Below, in pieces: positions 1 to 14,008 of a stretch of 64,000 nt of DNA. The notes beneath the pieces are model-generated. The model was not told where the DNA came from, searched no databases, and saw only the letters and a program-made list of their open reading frames with translations. Both the position numbers and the translations under genes were made by a program. The DNA comes from Octopus vulgaris. Its lineage: Eukaryota. The stretch is taken from NCBI GenBank assembly GCA_951406725.2, contig OX597817.1, forward strand, positions 120,528,001-120,592,000. Reading direction: 5' to 3'. Within the stretch, counting starts at the first letter, position 1, and each line of letters starts with the position of its first letter.

Positions 1-54
1 TATATATATACCTGTGCGTGTGTATGTATATATATCTATGTGTGTGTGTGTTTC

Positions 55-222
55 TGTGTTTGTGTTTGTCCCCCACCATCGCTTGACAACCGGTGGTAGT
101 GTGTTTATGTCCCTGTAACTTAGCAGTTTGGCAAAAGGAGACTGACAAAATAAGTACAAAACTTCAAAAAAAATAATAAGTTCATGGCTGCAGTCAAATG
201 ACAGGAGCAAGTAAAAAATAAA
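55..222 (+). mobile_element. SINE family A, 3' half
   Basis: Matches the 3' part of the full copy at 1055-1446 (gtttgtcccc...gcttgacaaccg...gcagtcaaatgac...aagtaaaa). Confidence 0.85.
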
Positions 223-1054
223 CAATGTACAGGTGTATGTGAGTGTGTGTTTTAGTCAGAAAGAAGCAGCAGTGCCGATATCCTTGATAGAACTGCTTAA
301 GACTGGTGACAATTATATGGTTAATATTTAGTTTGAAATTCTACAAAGTCAGAAACTGCAGAAAAATTGTAGTTTGGCACAGGAATTCTAGAGATTTTTT
401 TTTTTTTTTTGTTCTAGAAACATGGTTTGGAATAATTGTCAGATATGTGTATGGTTTGGATGAAACTTAGTGAGGCAGTATTTTACACTCAGATACCCTT
501 CCTGTTAACAACATTTGTTTTTGAAATGAGGTAGTTCTCATTTCATTCAACTTCTCATGCTGAAATCACAAATACTACCAAAATACGGAATATATTTTGC
601 TCAAATGATATCTAAGTGTAGACATAAGGAAACACATACACAAACACACACGTACATATGAATATATGACAGGTTCCTGTAGTGTTTCTTCTGTCTACCA
701 AATTTCACTCACAAAGCATCGGCCAGCATTTACATTGTACGTGTATGGCCATAGTAAACTAGTTATATAATATTTAAAAGTTATGACACTTTACATTAAT
801 TTGACAGGAATAACGTTTCTCCAGGGCACATCTCAAGTGCTGAATCGATTTACATGATTACAATTCCGTCAATATGTTTTAGCATTCAATCATATTTTAG
901 TATTTAAGAAAGGTGGACACAGAGCACCAGATCAACATATGCCATCATTAACATGTGAAGTTTAAGTCAAATTAAAATACATTGCATCTGATGATATATA
1001 ATGCAGAACAATAAAGTATGAAATTGTGTGTGTGTGTATATATATATATATATA

Positions 1055-1445
1055 GGCGCAGGAGTGGCTGTGTGGTAAGTAGCTTGTTTACCAACCACAT
1101 GGTTCCGGGTTCAGTCCCACTGCGTGGCACCTTGGGCAAGTGTCTTCTGCTATAGCCCCGGGCCGACCAATGCCATGTGAGTGGATTTGGTAGACGGAAA
1201 CCGAAAGAAGCCTGTCGTATATTTGTATATATATGTATGTGTGTGTATGTGTTTGTCCCCCTAGCATTGCTTGACAACCGATGTTGGTGTGTTTACGTCC
1301 CCGTCACTTAGCGGTTCGGCAAAAGAGACCGATAGAATAAGTACTGGGCTAACAAAGAATAAGTCCCGGGGTTGATTTGCTCGACTAAAGGCGGTGCTCC
1401 AGCATGGCCACAGTCAAATGACTGAAACAAGTAAAAGAGTAAAGA

Positions 1446-1446
<1 letters not shown>
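1055..1446 (+). mobile_element. tRNA-derived SINE family A, full-length young copy
   Basis: A-box-like TGGCTGTGTGG, B-box-like GGGTTCAGTCCC, CORE-like gcaccttgggcaagtg, central (TA/TG)n, short tandem tail (AAAGAGT)n; near-identical copies at 51896 and 60642. Confidence 0.92.
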
Positions 1447-1480
<34 letters not shown>

Positions 1481-1527
1481 TATATATATATATATATATA
1501 TATGTGTGTATGTGCGTGTGTGTGCGT

Positions 1528-1733
1528 GCGATCTTTCGGTACAAATACCATAACTGCCAAGTCTGTTTGTTTACATTTGAAGAAGAAGGTCGTCACTTTC
1601 TGTCAAGTTTTTTTAATATATATATGGGGTTAGGGTTATGGGTGGGGGAAAAGGGTTTCTTTTTTCTTCAGAAATGTAAATAAACCCATGTGGGTTTATA
1701 ATTGGCAATTATGATGCTTGTACCGAAAGATCG

Positions 1734-1734
<1 letters not shown>
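1528..1734. mobile_element. MITE with ~33-bp TIRs and internal GGGTTA motifs, inside a (TA/TG)n tract
   Basis: gcgatctttcggtacaaataccataactgccaa vs reverse complement of ttggcaattatgatgcttgtaccgaaagatcgc; internal ggggttagggtta. Confidence 0.8.

Positions 1735-1735
<1 letters not shown>

Positions 1736-1810
<75 letters not shown>
1736..1810. repeat. (TA)n microsatellite
   Basis: Direct reading. Confidence 0.98.
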
Positions 1811-1813
<3 letters not shown>

Positions 1814-2655
1814 ATATGCAAATGGGGCAATTCCCTTATATTTGAGACACTGAGAGAATTGCTGTACAAAGCACCTGTCAAACCCATGTCTGCTCTGTGA
1901 AAAAGGGATGCTAAAAGGACGATTATGTTGCATATATGTTTTTGATGACATGTGTCATGGAGTTGATGTTAGCTATTGTTATTCATTCATGTATGCAGTC
2001 GTAGGTTTGCCAGAATCATTTATTGCTTCACAAACAAAATGATTTTAATATCTTGGCCAGTCAATAAATATATAAATAAGTAAAAGAATACAAAACAAAA
2101 ATGTTGTTTAATTATTAAAACAAACAGGGAAATGTTGTATCCATGGACACAAACACAGACACACTATACACTACGAATTACATTATATATTCTCAAAGAA
2201 TAATATTATTTGAATTATGTATGGATCTATTCAAGCAAACAACGTACATACACACATACTGAAAATGAATTGGAGGGGAAAAAAAAAAAAAAAAACAGAA
2301 TAGAATCAATCTAGATCAATTTCTAAATATTGCTTGTCTTCATAACTGAATCCGGCTACCATCCGAACAATAAGGGATGTTGTTGGAGAATGAGGGTTGA
2401 TGTGTGTGTGTGTGTGGGGGGGAGTGAGAGACATGTTGTATTTCCTGATAAATTCACTAACAGCAATCAGATGGCTCATAACTATGATTTTTTAATAACC
2501 TTCTTTTCATCATTGCATCGATGACAGTGCTGGTGGTAATATCTCGCCGACATCTCATCCTCTCACCAGTCACTAACACACTGTACTATATGAATGAATG
2601 TTCTTTTCTCTGTGTAAACAAAGCGTAAATCATGTAGATTTTTTGTTTTCTTTAC

Positions 2656-2701
2656 ATTATTATTATTATTATTATTATTACTATTATTATTATTATTACT
2701 A

Positions 2702-2745
<44 letters not shown>

Positions 2746-2800
2746 TACTATTATTTATTATTATTATTATTATTACTATTATTTATTACTATTATTATTA

Positions 2801-2886
<86 letters not shown>
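2656..2886. repeat. (TTA)n microsatellite
   Basis: Direct reading; source of the poly-Y/L/I ORF. Confidence 0.98.
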
Positions 2887-2887
<1 letters not shown>

Positions 2888-3825
2888 TCATGATTGGTTT
2901 CAGGAAATGTTTTTTTTTTGTTTTTATTCATGATTTTTTTTTTTCCTTTTTTTTTTTGTTACATGAGAAAAAAAGTAGAAATCAACCACAAAAAAACAAC
3001 TGAAACAAATCTAAACAAGTTTCTTCCTCGCCTGAACAAAACTTGTGATTATTATTAGTGTATTTCAGCAAATAAAGATAAACTTTTTATTTAGTTATTT
3101 GCTTTAGATGGCTATTATTTTCTCTTTGAATATTTTAAAGCGTAGTATAACAATATCCTTTTATACTGTATTATAGACTTTTATTAAAACTAGGAATGTA
3201 TTTAAGTGTAAAACATATGTGTGTATGTACGTGTGTGTGTGTGTGAACGCAAGTACGTACATATGTATAAATATATGTAATTTATCCGATCAGTTCATGG
3301 AAATAGGACATTTTAAAAATAATCACCTCAGTCATCCGCGATGTACTAAAAAATAAAAGGAAGAATTTGAACCATAGAAAGCACTACTGTGGCGAAGAAG
3401 TTTTGCGTTCGAAATTTCCAGTTATTCATAACTAGGATCAATCTTCAAAGTTCCAGGCGATATAGAGAAGAAGTTTTGCTTTGCAGTGTATAATCCTGGC
3501 ATGGACAACCTTTATTGAGAAGCAAGTTATGTCAGACATGGTTCATTACCAAGCAGGGCTTACACTATTAAAATAAATCAAGGTAACTTTTTATTAGGCT
3601 TATGATTTAGAAAATCCTGCAGTCTATTTGACCTGTTTGTTAAAGACGATTGTGTATAAAGTTCCAAAGTAGACCTTGTTATTTATATAAAAAAAATAAC
3701 CAACCTCAACAAATGTTATTACATTTACCTAGCTTGTCATGTTACCATCAAATTTATCGAATGCAGCCCAATGGTTCCATGAAAAGCCTACACTTGTGAC
3801 ATTTGCAAACAACAGTACATGACGT

Positions 3826-4022
3826 GGAATCCAGGTAAAAAAAAAGTCAGCTAAAACAAGTCACAGGAAAAAAGTCACGGCTATAAAGTCACAGAATTTT
3901 GTCCGGAGATGGGAGGGGTTCCCAAGTGGGTTTTGTCCGGATCCCTTAAATTAACTGTTACTTTATTACCGGTCACCATTTAATTGGGACTTTTTTTTCC
4001 TGTGGCTTTATTACTGGTCACC
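3826..4022. mobile_element. Decayed non-autonomous DNA element with subterminal AAAGTCACAG repeats
   Basis: Four aaagtcacag-like motifs on the left, three inverted (ctgtg/tacttt-like) on the right, GG...CC ends; no clear TSD. Confidence 0.5.
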
Positions 4023-4144
4023 CCATAGTGTGGTAGGTATGAATACTGTACAGGGAGACCATTTATGGGGGACAAATGTTGAAAGTTGGTTAGATTTTAA
4101 TAAGGTGGCAGTTAAAACTTGCTCAACATCACTTTGTAAATAGT

Positions 4145-4910
4145 CTTTCTTAACATGCAGTATTTGTTCCAGCTCCTTTACATTCAGAGTTCAAATCCTA
4201 CTGTGGTCAACTTTATCTGTCATCCTTCTGGTTGATAAAATGAAGTACTGGTTCAAATACTGTAATCAATATAATGAGCTGGCCGATCCAACGATTAATC
4301 AAACAATCAGTTAATTGAATAATTAAGGAGTTGACTCATAATAGCAATTGCTTCAAATTTTGACACAAGGCTAGCATTTTTAAGAGGAGGGGGAAGTTGA
4401 TGTAATCAACTTCAGTACTTGACTGTATTTATTTTATCGACCCAGAAAGAAAGTTGAACTTGGTGTAATTTGAACTCAGAATGCAAAAAGCCAGAAGAAA
4501 TGTCACTAAGCATTTTGCCAGACTTGCTAATGTTTCTTATTTCTTTACTGCTCACAAGGGGCTATGCACAGAGGGGACAAACAAGGACAGACAAGCGGAT
4601 TAAGTCGATTATATCAACCCCAGTGTGTAACTGGTACTTATTTAATTGACCTCGAAAGGATGAAAGGTAAAGTTGACCTTGACAGAATTTTGAACTCAGA
4701 ACATAGCGGCAGACGAAATACTGCTAAGCATTTTGCTCGGTGTGCTAACATTTCCGCCAACTCACCACCTTAATAATTATTCTAATTTTTTGCACAATGC
4801 CAGCAATTTTGAGGGTCGGGTGCTACTCAATTACATCAACCCCACAAGTATGAAAGGCCCTGTTGGCCTTGGCAGTATTCGAACTTGGAGCGTAAAGAGC
4901 CAGAGAAAAA
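4145..4910. mobile_element. Cluster of SINE family B copies (4145-4285 +, 4347-4536 -, 4537-4770 -, 4785-4910 -)
   Basis: Shared gagttcaaattc...gactttgcctttcatcc...gataaaataagtaccag body. Confidence 0.85.
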
Positions 4911-5327
4911 TTGCATTTTTATTGTTGAAATTTACCCTCCTAAGATACATTTGTTTCAACACATGAGTTCATCATATCAAGAATCTTGCAAATAAATACA
5001 GAAATGAAATATGACAATGTGTTTATATAAATCAACAATTTCATTATTCTTCTCAAGCCAGGGTAAACTTCAGTATGAGAATTGGTCCTTGCTCTTATAG
5101 AAAGGTGCCAGAAAAATCATAAAGCGTTTAACCTTGAAATGATGTATATCTATGTTAAAATTTTTACAACCTAGGTGAAAAACTAGCCTAAAACTTGGAA
5201 CAAATATTCACCTTTAAATATTGGTTTCAAATTTTGGCATAGGGCCAGCAAGTTTGGAGGAGGGAGTAAGTTGATTACAACCCCCCACCCTGGTGCTCAA
5301 CTGGTACTTATTGTATCAACCCTAAAA

Positions 5328-6402
5328 GCAATAAATTAAAAACCAATAAATTGGAAAGAGAAATTAGTATATTAAATAGATGTCTCAAATGACATTTGCA
5401 TAGTACATGGCATTTATCAAATTAGAAACATATGAAATATACATTAACCCTTTTGTTATAAGCCCAGCTAAAACCAGCTCTAGCTCTTGCTTTCATAAAG
5501 TTTGAATTAAAATCTTCCACCAAACCTTAGTGACAATCTATGTGCTAAACACTAGTTGAATGATAACTAAGTTATTTTACTAAATTCTTTGTTATATTTA
5601 AAGTAATTGAAAAAAACATAGGGCATCTCAAAATAAATACAGTAATGAAAGGGTTAAATATGTAATTTATACTATACTATCCAAATATGAGCTTCTCATT
5701 TATTTAATAATTTTTATATTGGTTTCAAACTTTGGCACAAGGCTGGCAGTTTCAGAGGAGGGGTTAAGTCGCTTACATTTAACCTAGTGCTCAACTGGTA
5801 CTTATTTTATTGATCCTGAGAGGATGAAAGGCAAAGTCGACCTCAAGAGAATTTGAACTCAGATAATCTTACTATTTAAAGTTTAATGAGGGCAACAAGC
5901 TGGAAGAATCATTAGCATGCTTGGCAAAATGGTTATTGGCATTTTGTTTGCCTTTACACTCCAAGTTCAAATTCTGCTGCAGTTGACTTTGTCTTTTATC
6001 AAACCTGAAAGATGAAATGCCACTAAACATTTTGCCCAGCATGCTAATGATTCTTCCATCTTGTTGCCCTCATTAACCTTTAAATATTAAGGTTATTGGC
6101 GTTCAAATTCTCCTGAGGTCGACTTTGCCTTTCATCCTCTCAGGATTGATAAAATAAGTACCAGTTGAACACTGGGCTCAATGTAAGCAACTTAAAACTC
6201 TGAAATTGCCAGTCTTCTGCTAAAGTTCGAAACCAATATGGAAATTATTAAATAAATGAGAAACTCATATTTGGTTAGTATTTAATGTGTATTTCGTATG
6301 TTTCTAATCTGATAAATGCCATGTACTATGCAAATGTCATTTGAAACATCTATTTAATATACTCATTTCTCTTACCAATTTATTGGTTTTAAATTTATTT
6401 GC
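5328..6402. repeat. Long inverted duplication (arms 5328-5944 and 6015-6402, ~70-bp spacer)
   Basis: Unique sequence plus SINE B pieces are mirrored, e.g. aaccaataaattggaaagagaaattagtatattaaatagatgtctcaaatgacatttgcatagtacatggcatttatc vs its reverse complement at 6310-6390. Confidence 0.93.
5448..5653. mobile_element. piggyBac-like MITE family D (206 bp)
   Basis: TTAA at 5444-5447 and 5654-5657; TIRs CCCTTTTGTTA / TAATGAAAGGG; absent from the opposite palindrome arm. Confidence 0.85.
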
Positions 6403-7185
6403 CAATCAGCTGTTGTGCTATTTCATTTTAGACTGATTTTTCTTTACACATATGATGAATGCAGAAAAGATAAGCATAATTTTTATAAAATATAATTTAA
6501 CATCATGCTTCTTAGCTGTCAATATATCACCATAAACTATTAAAAAACCTATCTTGATAATTGGGTAGACAGAAATAAAGTTGTAGAAAAAAATGCTTTT
6601 TTTTTTTTTAAATTCTTGAAAAAGATGTTATATTTTATCTAAATACCACAAATAATAGTAATTAAAGTTGTAATTTAAGTAGCTTATTAGTTGACAGTAA
6701 ATGAATATACACAATGACAACAATTTATATAATAACATGGTTTAGGCAGGATTCCTCCACCACGTATTTCTTATTCAGTATTTCAAGTTTTGAAATATGT
6801 ACATAAACAGTCCACATTTCTTCATGGTGTATTAATCTGGCTCGCTGTATAATTTTATTTGGCTGAAGAATAAAGTGTTGCTGTTAATCGAAAGCTTGTT
6901 ATTTCCATTGTTTTATATGTAACTCATGAGAAGTATGAATTTGTATTAAGAGGGCCTGAATTTGTATTTAACCTTCCAGCTAAACACATATTACAATTTA
7001 ACTAGGTCTTAAATAAAACACTGAAAAACAAAATTTAAAACACATTAAATTAATTATTCATTGATATTTCCCTGTGATTTTTCCTCTTGGACTCTTTTAT
7101 CGTACTGCCCATTGTTGTAAAAGATACTTGGTGACATCATACTTGATCTAGTTCTGGTCCATTTTGCTACAATATCTTCAGCATT

Positions 7186-7399
7186 AAGGTTCTGAGCTGG
7201 CAGAAATGTTAGCATGCTGGGCTAAGAGCTTAGCAGTACTTTGTCTTTATGTTCTGAGTTCAAATTCCGCCAAGGTTAACTCTACCATTCATCCTTTCAG
7301 GGTTGATAAATTAAGTACCAGATGCATACTGGGGTTGATCAAATCAACTGGCCCCCTCCCCCAAAATTTTGGCCTTGTGCCTAGAGTTAAAAAGAAAAG
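7186..7399 (+). mobile_element. SINE family B with 15-bp TSD
   Basis: TSD aatatcttcagcatt (7171-7185) / aatatctttagcatt (7400-7414); B-box-like GAGTTCAAATTC. Confidence 0.9.
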
Positions 7400-8164
7400 A
7401 ATATCTTTAGCATTAGTATTCTTTCCTCAGCAGAATTGTCACTTATCTGTTTAATGTAACAGAAACTCTATCCATTTTGGCTTTCACTTAGCATTTTATT
7501 ATATGCCTTTAATTACAAATACCCTGATAATACTTATTGGATTGCGGCCATTTTGGGACATGGCTTGAAGGATTTTTTTAATTGAACAGTATTTATTCAG
7601 TCAGGTATGAGCCTGTGACTGGCTCCCACCCTCCCTAAAATTTCAATGCACTTTGCCTATAGTTGAATTACTGGCAATCTTTTGGTATTAGTACATAACT
7701 TATCTATGTCATGAGGGAAATGCTATGTGGCTGAATGATATCATCTACTAATATCAAAAGAGTGTTGAATTATTATTGTTCATTCGAAACAAATATTTAT
7801 TTGTCTTACAGAATCTAATATCCTTAAATCTGCATTAAAGTTGAAACTGGGTCGTCAACATAAACACTTTAAGCATTTTGATCAGTATTCAAAGATGTTT
7901 TAAATGTTTTTATGTTAATAAAGGAAGGTTCTGAAGGGTAAAAGTAAGCTTTCAATCATTGTTTAGTCAGGCTTGGCCCTGGTCCCAACAAATCCAAAAA
8001 AGACAGGTTCTACCCCTATTTCGCTGATGAGTTGGTTAGCTTAATACAGCACAGTGCCATCCCACTTAAGTAACAAAGAAAAAATGGTTGTAAAACAGTC
8101 AAAAACAAAACAAAAGAAATTGGTAAATAGTGATGATAAACATAGAAGGAAGTATTGATACTGG

Positions 8165-8665
8165 TTGTGTCTTCTCAGTTCAGCCTGGACCGAGCAAATA
8201 CATTTATGATCATAGGGATTTCAGTTTGTGACCGTATTGCCTTTTTTTTGGGGGGCTTTCATCAGTCACTTGTTTCAGTCATTAAACTGTGACCATGCTG
8301 AGACACTGTTAAGTTATGGGGGCATAAACAAACCAACACAGGTTGTCAAGTAGTGGTGACATATCATATACATACATATATACGATAGGCTTCTTCAGTT
8401 TCTGTCTACCAAATCCATTTACAAAGGTTTGATTGGCTTGAGGCTAGAGTAGAAAGCACCTGCCCAGGGTGCCATGCAGTGGGACTGAACCCCAAACCAT
8501 ATGATTGTGAAGCAAACTTCTTACTGTACAGTCATGTCTGCACCTATCTGGGATTACATTATTGAAAGCTTCTTTTTAATTTCCAACCAAGTTTATGTGG
8601 CTATTTGAAGGAAATTTAGCTGCTACTTCTAGCAAGTTGAGCAGTCATGCAAAGGTTCCCTTGGC
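8165..8665 (-). mobile_element. Old repeat family H interrupted by SINE A (8267-8544, -)
   Basis: H halves (gatcatagggatttcagtttgtgacc and gaaatttagctgctacttctagca) flank a reverse SINE A. Confidence 0.7.
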
Positions 8666-8896
8666 GAGCATTAGTACAAACAGAAATATTTATAAGCTGA
8701 TGGGGAAGTATGCTTAAATAATAATGATAAAAAAAAGCTGTAATTTTCAATTAAGAAGATGCTAATCAATAATTCTGCTGTAGTTACAGTGTCCGTTGTA
8801 TGTGCTGAGCTGTTTGATAGGTTATAGGCATTAATGCTCATGACCATTTCCTTCTATTGAAAGCAGTTTTGCACCTGTTTCATTCACATACAGACA

Positions 8897-9096
<200 letters not shown>

Positions 9097-9779
9097 ATGT
9101 CCATCTATTACAGTACTGAAATATTTATGTAGGTATTTGTCATGTCTGGCCATAAACAAAGAGTTTTATGGTATCTTTCGCTGTAATAATTTTTAAAAGC
9201 TTCTTGCTTTTTTTTCTTCTTTGACAGTAACTGGAAAAGCTTCCATAATTAACCAAAACTAAATAGCATTTCATCTTTTACAGCTAAACCAAATAAATAA
9301 GTAAAAATCTATTTTCTTTGCAAATCGTATATATATATATATATATATTTAGTCATTTTGTTTTACAAGCTTAAGACGTAAAATAAAACTATAACAAGAA
9401 TAAAAAAAAATTATGTGGGGAAAGTGTAAATAAATATGACACAATTTGACAAAAAAAAATATATATGTATAAATACATAAACTAAGTGATAAAATGGTTG
9501 TTCAGACTATAAAATGACTGATAAAGCAAATAGCCTTTAGCTTTTGAAAACAAAATTTCTGACGAGTAAAAATGTACTTTTAATTTTATTAAATAGTTTA
9601 ATTAAAACCAAGAAAATGAAAAATAACCTACTATAGAAATAAAATATTTGTAGTGTTGGCATTATTATTATTATCATCATTATTATCCTTATTATCATTA
9701 TTATCATTATTATTATTTTTATTTTGTCTTTTAAAGTTCAATATGATTAAATTACTGAAAAATTTTATTTGAACCTCCT

Positions 9780-10121
9780 TTATTTTCTACCCCTTGCTCT
9801 CTCTCTCTCTTTCTCTTTCTCACTGTGTGTGTGCGTCTTTCCTGTTCTCCATTCTCTTCCCCCTCTCTCTTGCTCTGCATTTCCTTCTTCTTCTCTCATT
9901 CTAGATTTCCTTCTTCCTCTCTCACTCTACATTTCTTTCCTCCTCTTTCAATCAACATTCTCCCTCTCTCTCTCTCTCTCTTTCTCTCTCGCTCTACATT
10001 CTCTTTCTCCTTTCTTTCATTTTGCATTTCCCCTCCTCACTACATTTCCTCCCTCCTTCGGACTACATTATTTTTCTGCTTTCTTTCACTCTACCTTCTC
10101 TCCCCCTCTTTCTCTAGTCTC

Positions 10122-10159
<38 letters not shown>

Positions 10160-10250
10160 CTCTTTTACTTCTCATCTCTTTCCTATCTCCCTACATTCTC
10201 CTCCTCCTATATCTCTCACCACAATTTCTCCCCACCCTCCATCTTTCTTG
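9780..10250. repeat. Polypyrimidine (CT-rich) low-complexity tract
   Basis: About 470 bp mostly C/T with (CT)n runs. Confidence 0.95.
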
Positions 10251-11233
10251 CAAATGCACTTATAGCTTTGTTTACCTGTTGTTTGTCAACTGATGTTGAC
10301 AGATTAGTTAATTCCCACTGATTTACAAATACCTATTTATCTCCTTTAGTGGTGGTTATGGCTAGCAATACCTTTGGATTGGATATGCCATTAAATGAAC
10401 GAATCTTAAGTATACTGGCTAATCCAACATTTGATCAAATGGAATTATAAAAACATCAACCAGGGTGATAAAACGTCAGTGTTAAAGACCACTTTTGACA
10501 CACTTAAATCTACCGTTACCATTATGCTAGTGTCGTTAGTAACAGCAGTATCGTTATTGATGCTGTAGCAGCTCACTATTGTTATTCTAATCATCTCTAT
10601 TCTCTTCTTTGTGCATTTTTACTTTCCCTGCGGTTTTAATCTTTATTATGCTATTTGGGAAAGTCACTGGCTATAACTATTAATTCGCTCTGGTAATTAT
10701 GTAAGTCGGGGGATTGTTTGTTTGTTCTTGTGTTTTATTCGGTCTTTTTCTGTTATAGCAGCGAGTCTCTTTTATAGCCAAGGTCAAACAGACAAACATG
10801 CTTTGCAATGGACTGTTGAATGTCGGCATAAATATCAAAATAAAAAAAGGCAAAAAAAAAAATTTTGGACAGGGGAATTAGATAAACGAAAATAAAATTC
10901 CTGATAAAAATACAAATTTTAGCTGAGGGGAAAAATTCACATAAAAAATGTTTCAATTCGTTTAAATGCCACAAATAATAGTTACAGTAATTAAACAAAT
11001 ATTTTCAGTCATATATTAACTGACAATTATGACTTGTACATAATGACAACACAATTTATATAATGCCATTAGACTATGTGAATAAAAAATCACATTTTAT
11101 TCAACAAAAAAACCCATTAAATCACATTAAATCAGTGATTTATTGTGGTATTTCTGTGACTATTATTTTAACCTGTTTTCAGGAATTGGGTTAATAACAC
11201 TCAATCTGCATTAAAAGATACCCAAGTTGGTCG

Positions 11234-11598
11234 TTTACTTGTTTCAGTCATTTGACTGTGGCCTTGCTGATGCAGCACCTTGAAAGGTTTTTGTCAAACA
11301 AATAAACCCCTGGACATTTTTTTATTATTCTTTAAGCCTGATATTTATTCTATCAGACTCTTTACTGAACCACTAAGTTGCAGGGATATAAGCAAACCAA
11401 CATAAATTGTCAAGTGCTAGTGACACCCCACCTTCATACACAAATAAATAAATATATACAAGTTTTCAGCTTCCAAATCCACTCACAAAGTTTTGGTCAG
11501 CCTGGGGCTACAGTAAAAGACACCTGCCTAAGTGCCACACAGTGGGACTGAATCCAAGACGAAGGTTGGGAAGTAAGTTCCTTAACCACTTGGCCATG
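11234..11598 (-). mobile_element. SINE family A, diverged
   Basis: tttacttgtttcagtcatttgactgtggcc...gtgccacacagtgggactgaa. Confidence 0.85.
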
Positions 11599-12276
11599 TC
11601 ACATTTTACATGAATTTATGACAAAATTCTTAGGATGACCCTTTGCTTTCATCCTTCTTACATGTACAAAATAACATAACAGTTAAGAACTGGGGTTCAT
11701 AATTGACTATTCTTAATGTAGAGAATCTGTGGCCTTAATGCCTTCTTATAAAGAGTATAATGTGAAAGGGAAAAATCAATAGACTGGAGTATTGCATTTG
11801 TAGCTTTAATTTTAGTTTAAAGCCTATCTTTTTATCGAATTGCAAATTTTAGAAACATCTATTTTATTATTCTTTTTAGTTAACTATACTTGTAATTACT
11901 TGTTTGAAGTAATTACAATTGCATTTAAAACAGAAATTTTTGAAAAAAAAAATTATAACGATGGGGTGTGCTTATTCCAAAACTCCACCTTCTTTTTAAG
12001 TTCTTGTTTGAGTTTTTATAAATAATTATGTTTTTATGAAATATTTGGTTCACTGTCATTTAAAAAAATTTTTTTTGAAGTGCAGCCTTGTTAGATGATA
12101 GTTAATATCCATGTGGCTTTCTGACATTAAAAGCTTCCCCAATGTCTGGATATACCCATAAAGCCAGTGTCCAATAGCATTAGTCACAAAGTAATTGGTT
12201 GAAAGTAGTAAAAAAAAATAATAAAGAATTAGTTTATTTTTTTAGTTCATGCACAGTATTCCCTATTATTTATTAA

Positions 12277-13330
12277 GGTGGTAAGCTGGGCAAAATGCTT
12301 AGCTGTATTTCATCTGCCTGTACATTCTGAGTTCAAATTCCGCTGAGATTGACTTTAATTGCCATCCTTTTTTTGGGTCAATAAAATAACTACCAGTTGA
12401 ATACTGGGATTGATGTAATCAAGTGTACCTCCTCCTTGAACTTGCTGAATTTGTGCCACAATTTGAAACCATTATTATTTTTATTAAAGTGGTGAGCTGG
12501 CAGACTTGTTAGCATATCGAGAAAAATGCTTAGTGGCATTTTGTCTCTCTTTATGTTCTGAGTTCAAATTCTGCCAAGGTCATCTTTGTCTCACATCCTC
12601 TCAGAGTTGATAAAGTTAAGTAGCTGTTGAGTACTGGGGTCAATGCAATTGACTAGCCCCTCCTCATAACATTGCTGGTCTTCAACCAAAATTTGGAAGA
12701 ATTACTCTTATCATTTCTGATTCAGACTCAAGACCAGCAATCTTAAAGGAGTGGGATAGTTGATTACATCAACCCCAGTGCTCAACTGGTACTTTATTTT
12801 ATTAACCACACAAAAGGATGAAAGGCAAAATTTATCTTGGGCGGGATTTATGCCGTCATTCATCCTTTTAGGATCAATAAAACAAAGTACCAATCAAGTA
12901 CTGAGATTGATGGTATTGACAAATTCCCTTTCCCCCAAAATTCCCAGTCATGTACCTAAATTGGAAGTCATTATTATATAGGGTAAGGTGGTGTGCTGGC
13001 ACAGTGGGCAAATAGCTTAACGACATTTAGTCTGTCTTCATGTTCTGAATTCAAATTCTGCCAAGGTTGACTTTACTTTTCATCCTTTTGGGGTTGATAA
13101 ATAAATACCAGTCAAGTGTAATTGACTAGCTGCTTCCCAAAATTTGAAATTACTACAATACAGGATGGTTTAGAATGGTAGAAAATTGTTAGAACATTGG
13201 GCTTCATAGCTCAAATTCTGCTGAAGTCAACTTCACCTTTCATCAATTTGAGTTCAATAAAATACCAGTTAAGTACTCATGTTAATGTAATCAACTAACT
13301 CCCTCCCCAAAATTTCAAGCCTTCTCTCTA
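12277..13330. mobile_element. Array of ~6 SINE family B copies (mostly +, one - at ~12715-12840)
   Basis: Repeated heads aaggtggtgagctgg and bodies gagttcaaattc...tcatcc...gataaa. Confidence 0.85.
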
Positions 13331-14008
13331 TATTATGTTACAAAGTCAGCTGTGTATTTTGTATATTTTCTGTTATTTGCAAAGAAACTTTATGGACTCC
13401 TTTGTGATTCGCTAAGCATTTTATTACTGACCAACTACCAATTTGTTTCACTTAATAGCTAGCTATTTTATGTACTTAAATTGGAAGATCACTTTCCACA
13501 AATCTAACTGCATATCTGAAGGATAACCAACACTGATGTGCAAGTTAAAAATTTTCTCTTGATACCCAACCCTTGTATAATGTAAAATTTGCTTTTTATG
13601 GTGTAATGCCAGAAATGTGACCATTTTATTTTAAACCTATTATTTGCTATATTTTTGCTTAAGCAGTGTAAAGCTAAATTAGAAACTATAAACAAGAAAA
13701 TATTTCTTACATGTTTAATAATCCTGGTTTGATTAAATGAAGATGGTTAGTATTATAGCATCTATAATATATTAATTATCTGATTCATTCAACCAATCTT
13801 ATTTGAGAAAAATAATAATTAAGCTCAATTATTGTATGACAAGTTTAATGCATTGAAATGGAGAAATAGAATGGCAAGTCTATTAATTGGCATCTGATAA
13901 AAATAAAGTAAGTCTGTTAATTCACTGTTACTGATCAATTTGATTATTATGGTTTAATTTAAAGTATTGTGGATCTCAGAAGTATTCTGGATATTAGATG
14001 AACTTTAA

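Noticed and set aside
790-842. Minus-strand GAAACGTT segment faintly resembling the SINE G tail
   Set aside because: No CTGANGA core or convincing helices; too degenerate to call
1953-1965. tgtcatggagttg resembling the 5' part of miR-281
   Set aside because: Only 13 nt match and there is no precursor hairpin
2524-2575. Possible hairpin cagtgctggtg / caccagtcact
   Set aside because: Upper stem pairs poorly; no recognised RNA family
9519-9545. CTGACGA-gta...tac hammerhead-like start
   Set aside because: Followed by TTTT rather than GAAA
9769-10293. 174-aa hydrophobic ORF
   Set aside because: It is the polypyrimidine tract read as L/S/F/P
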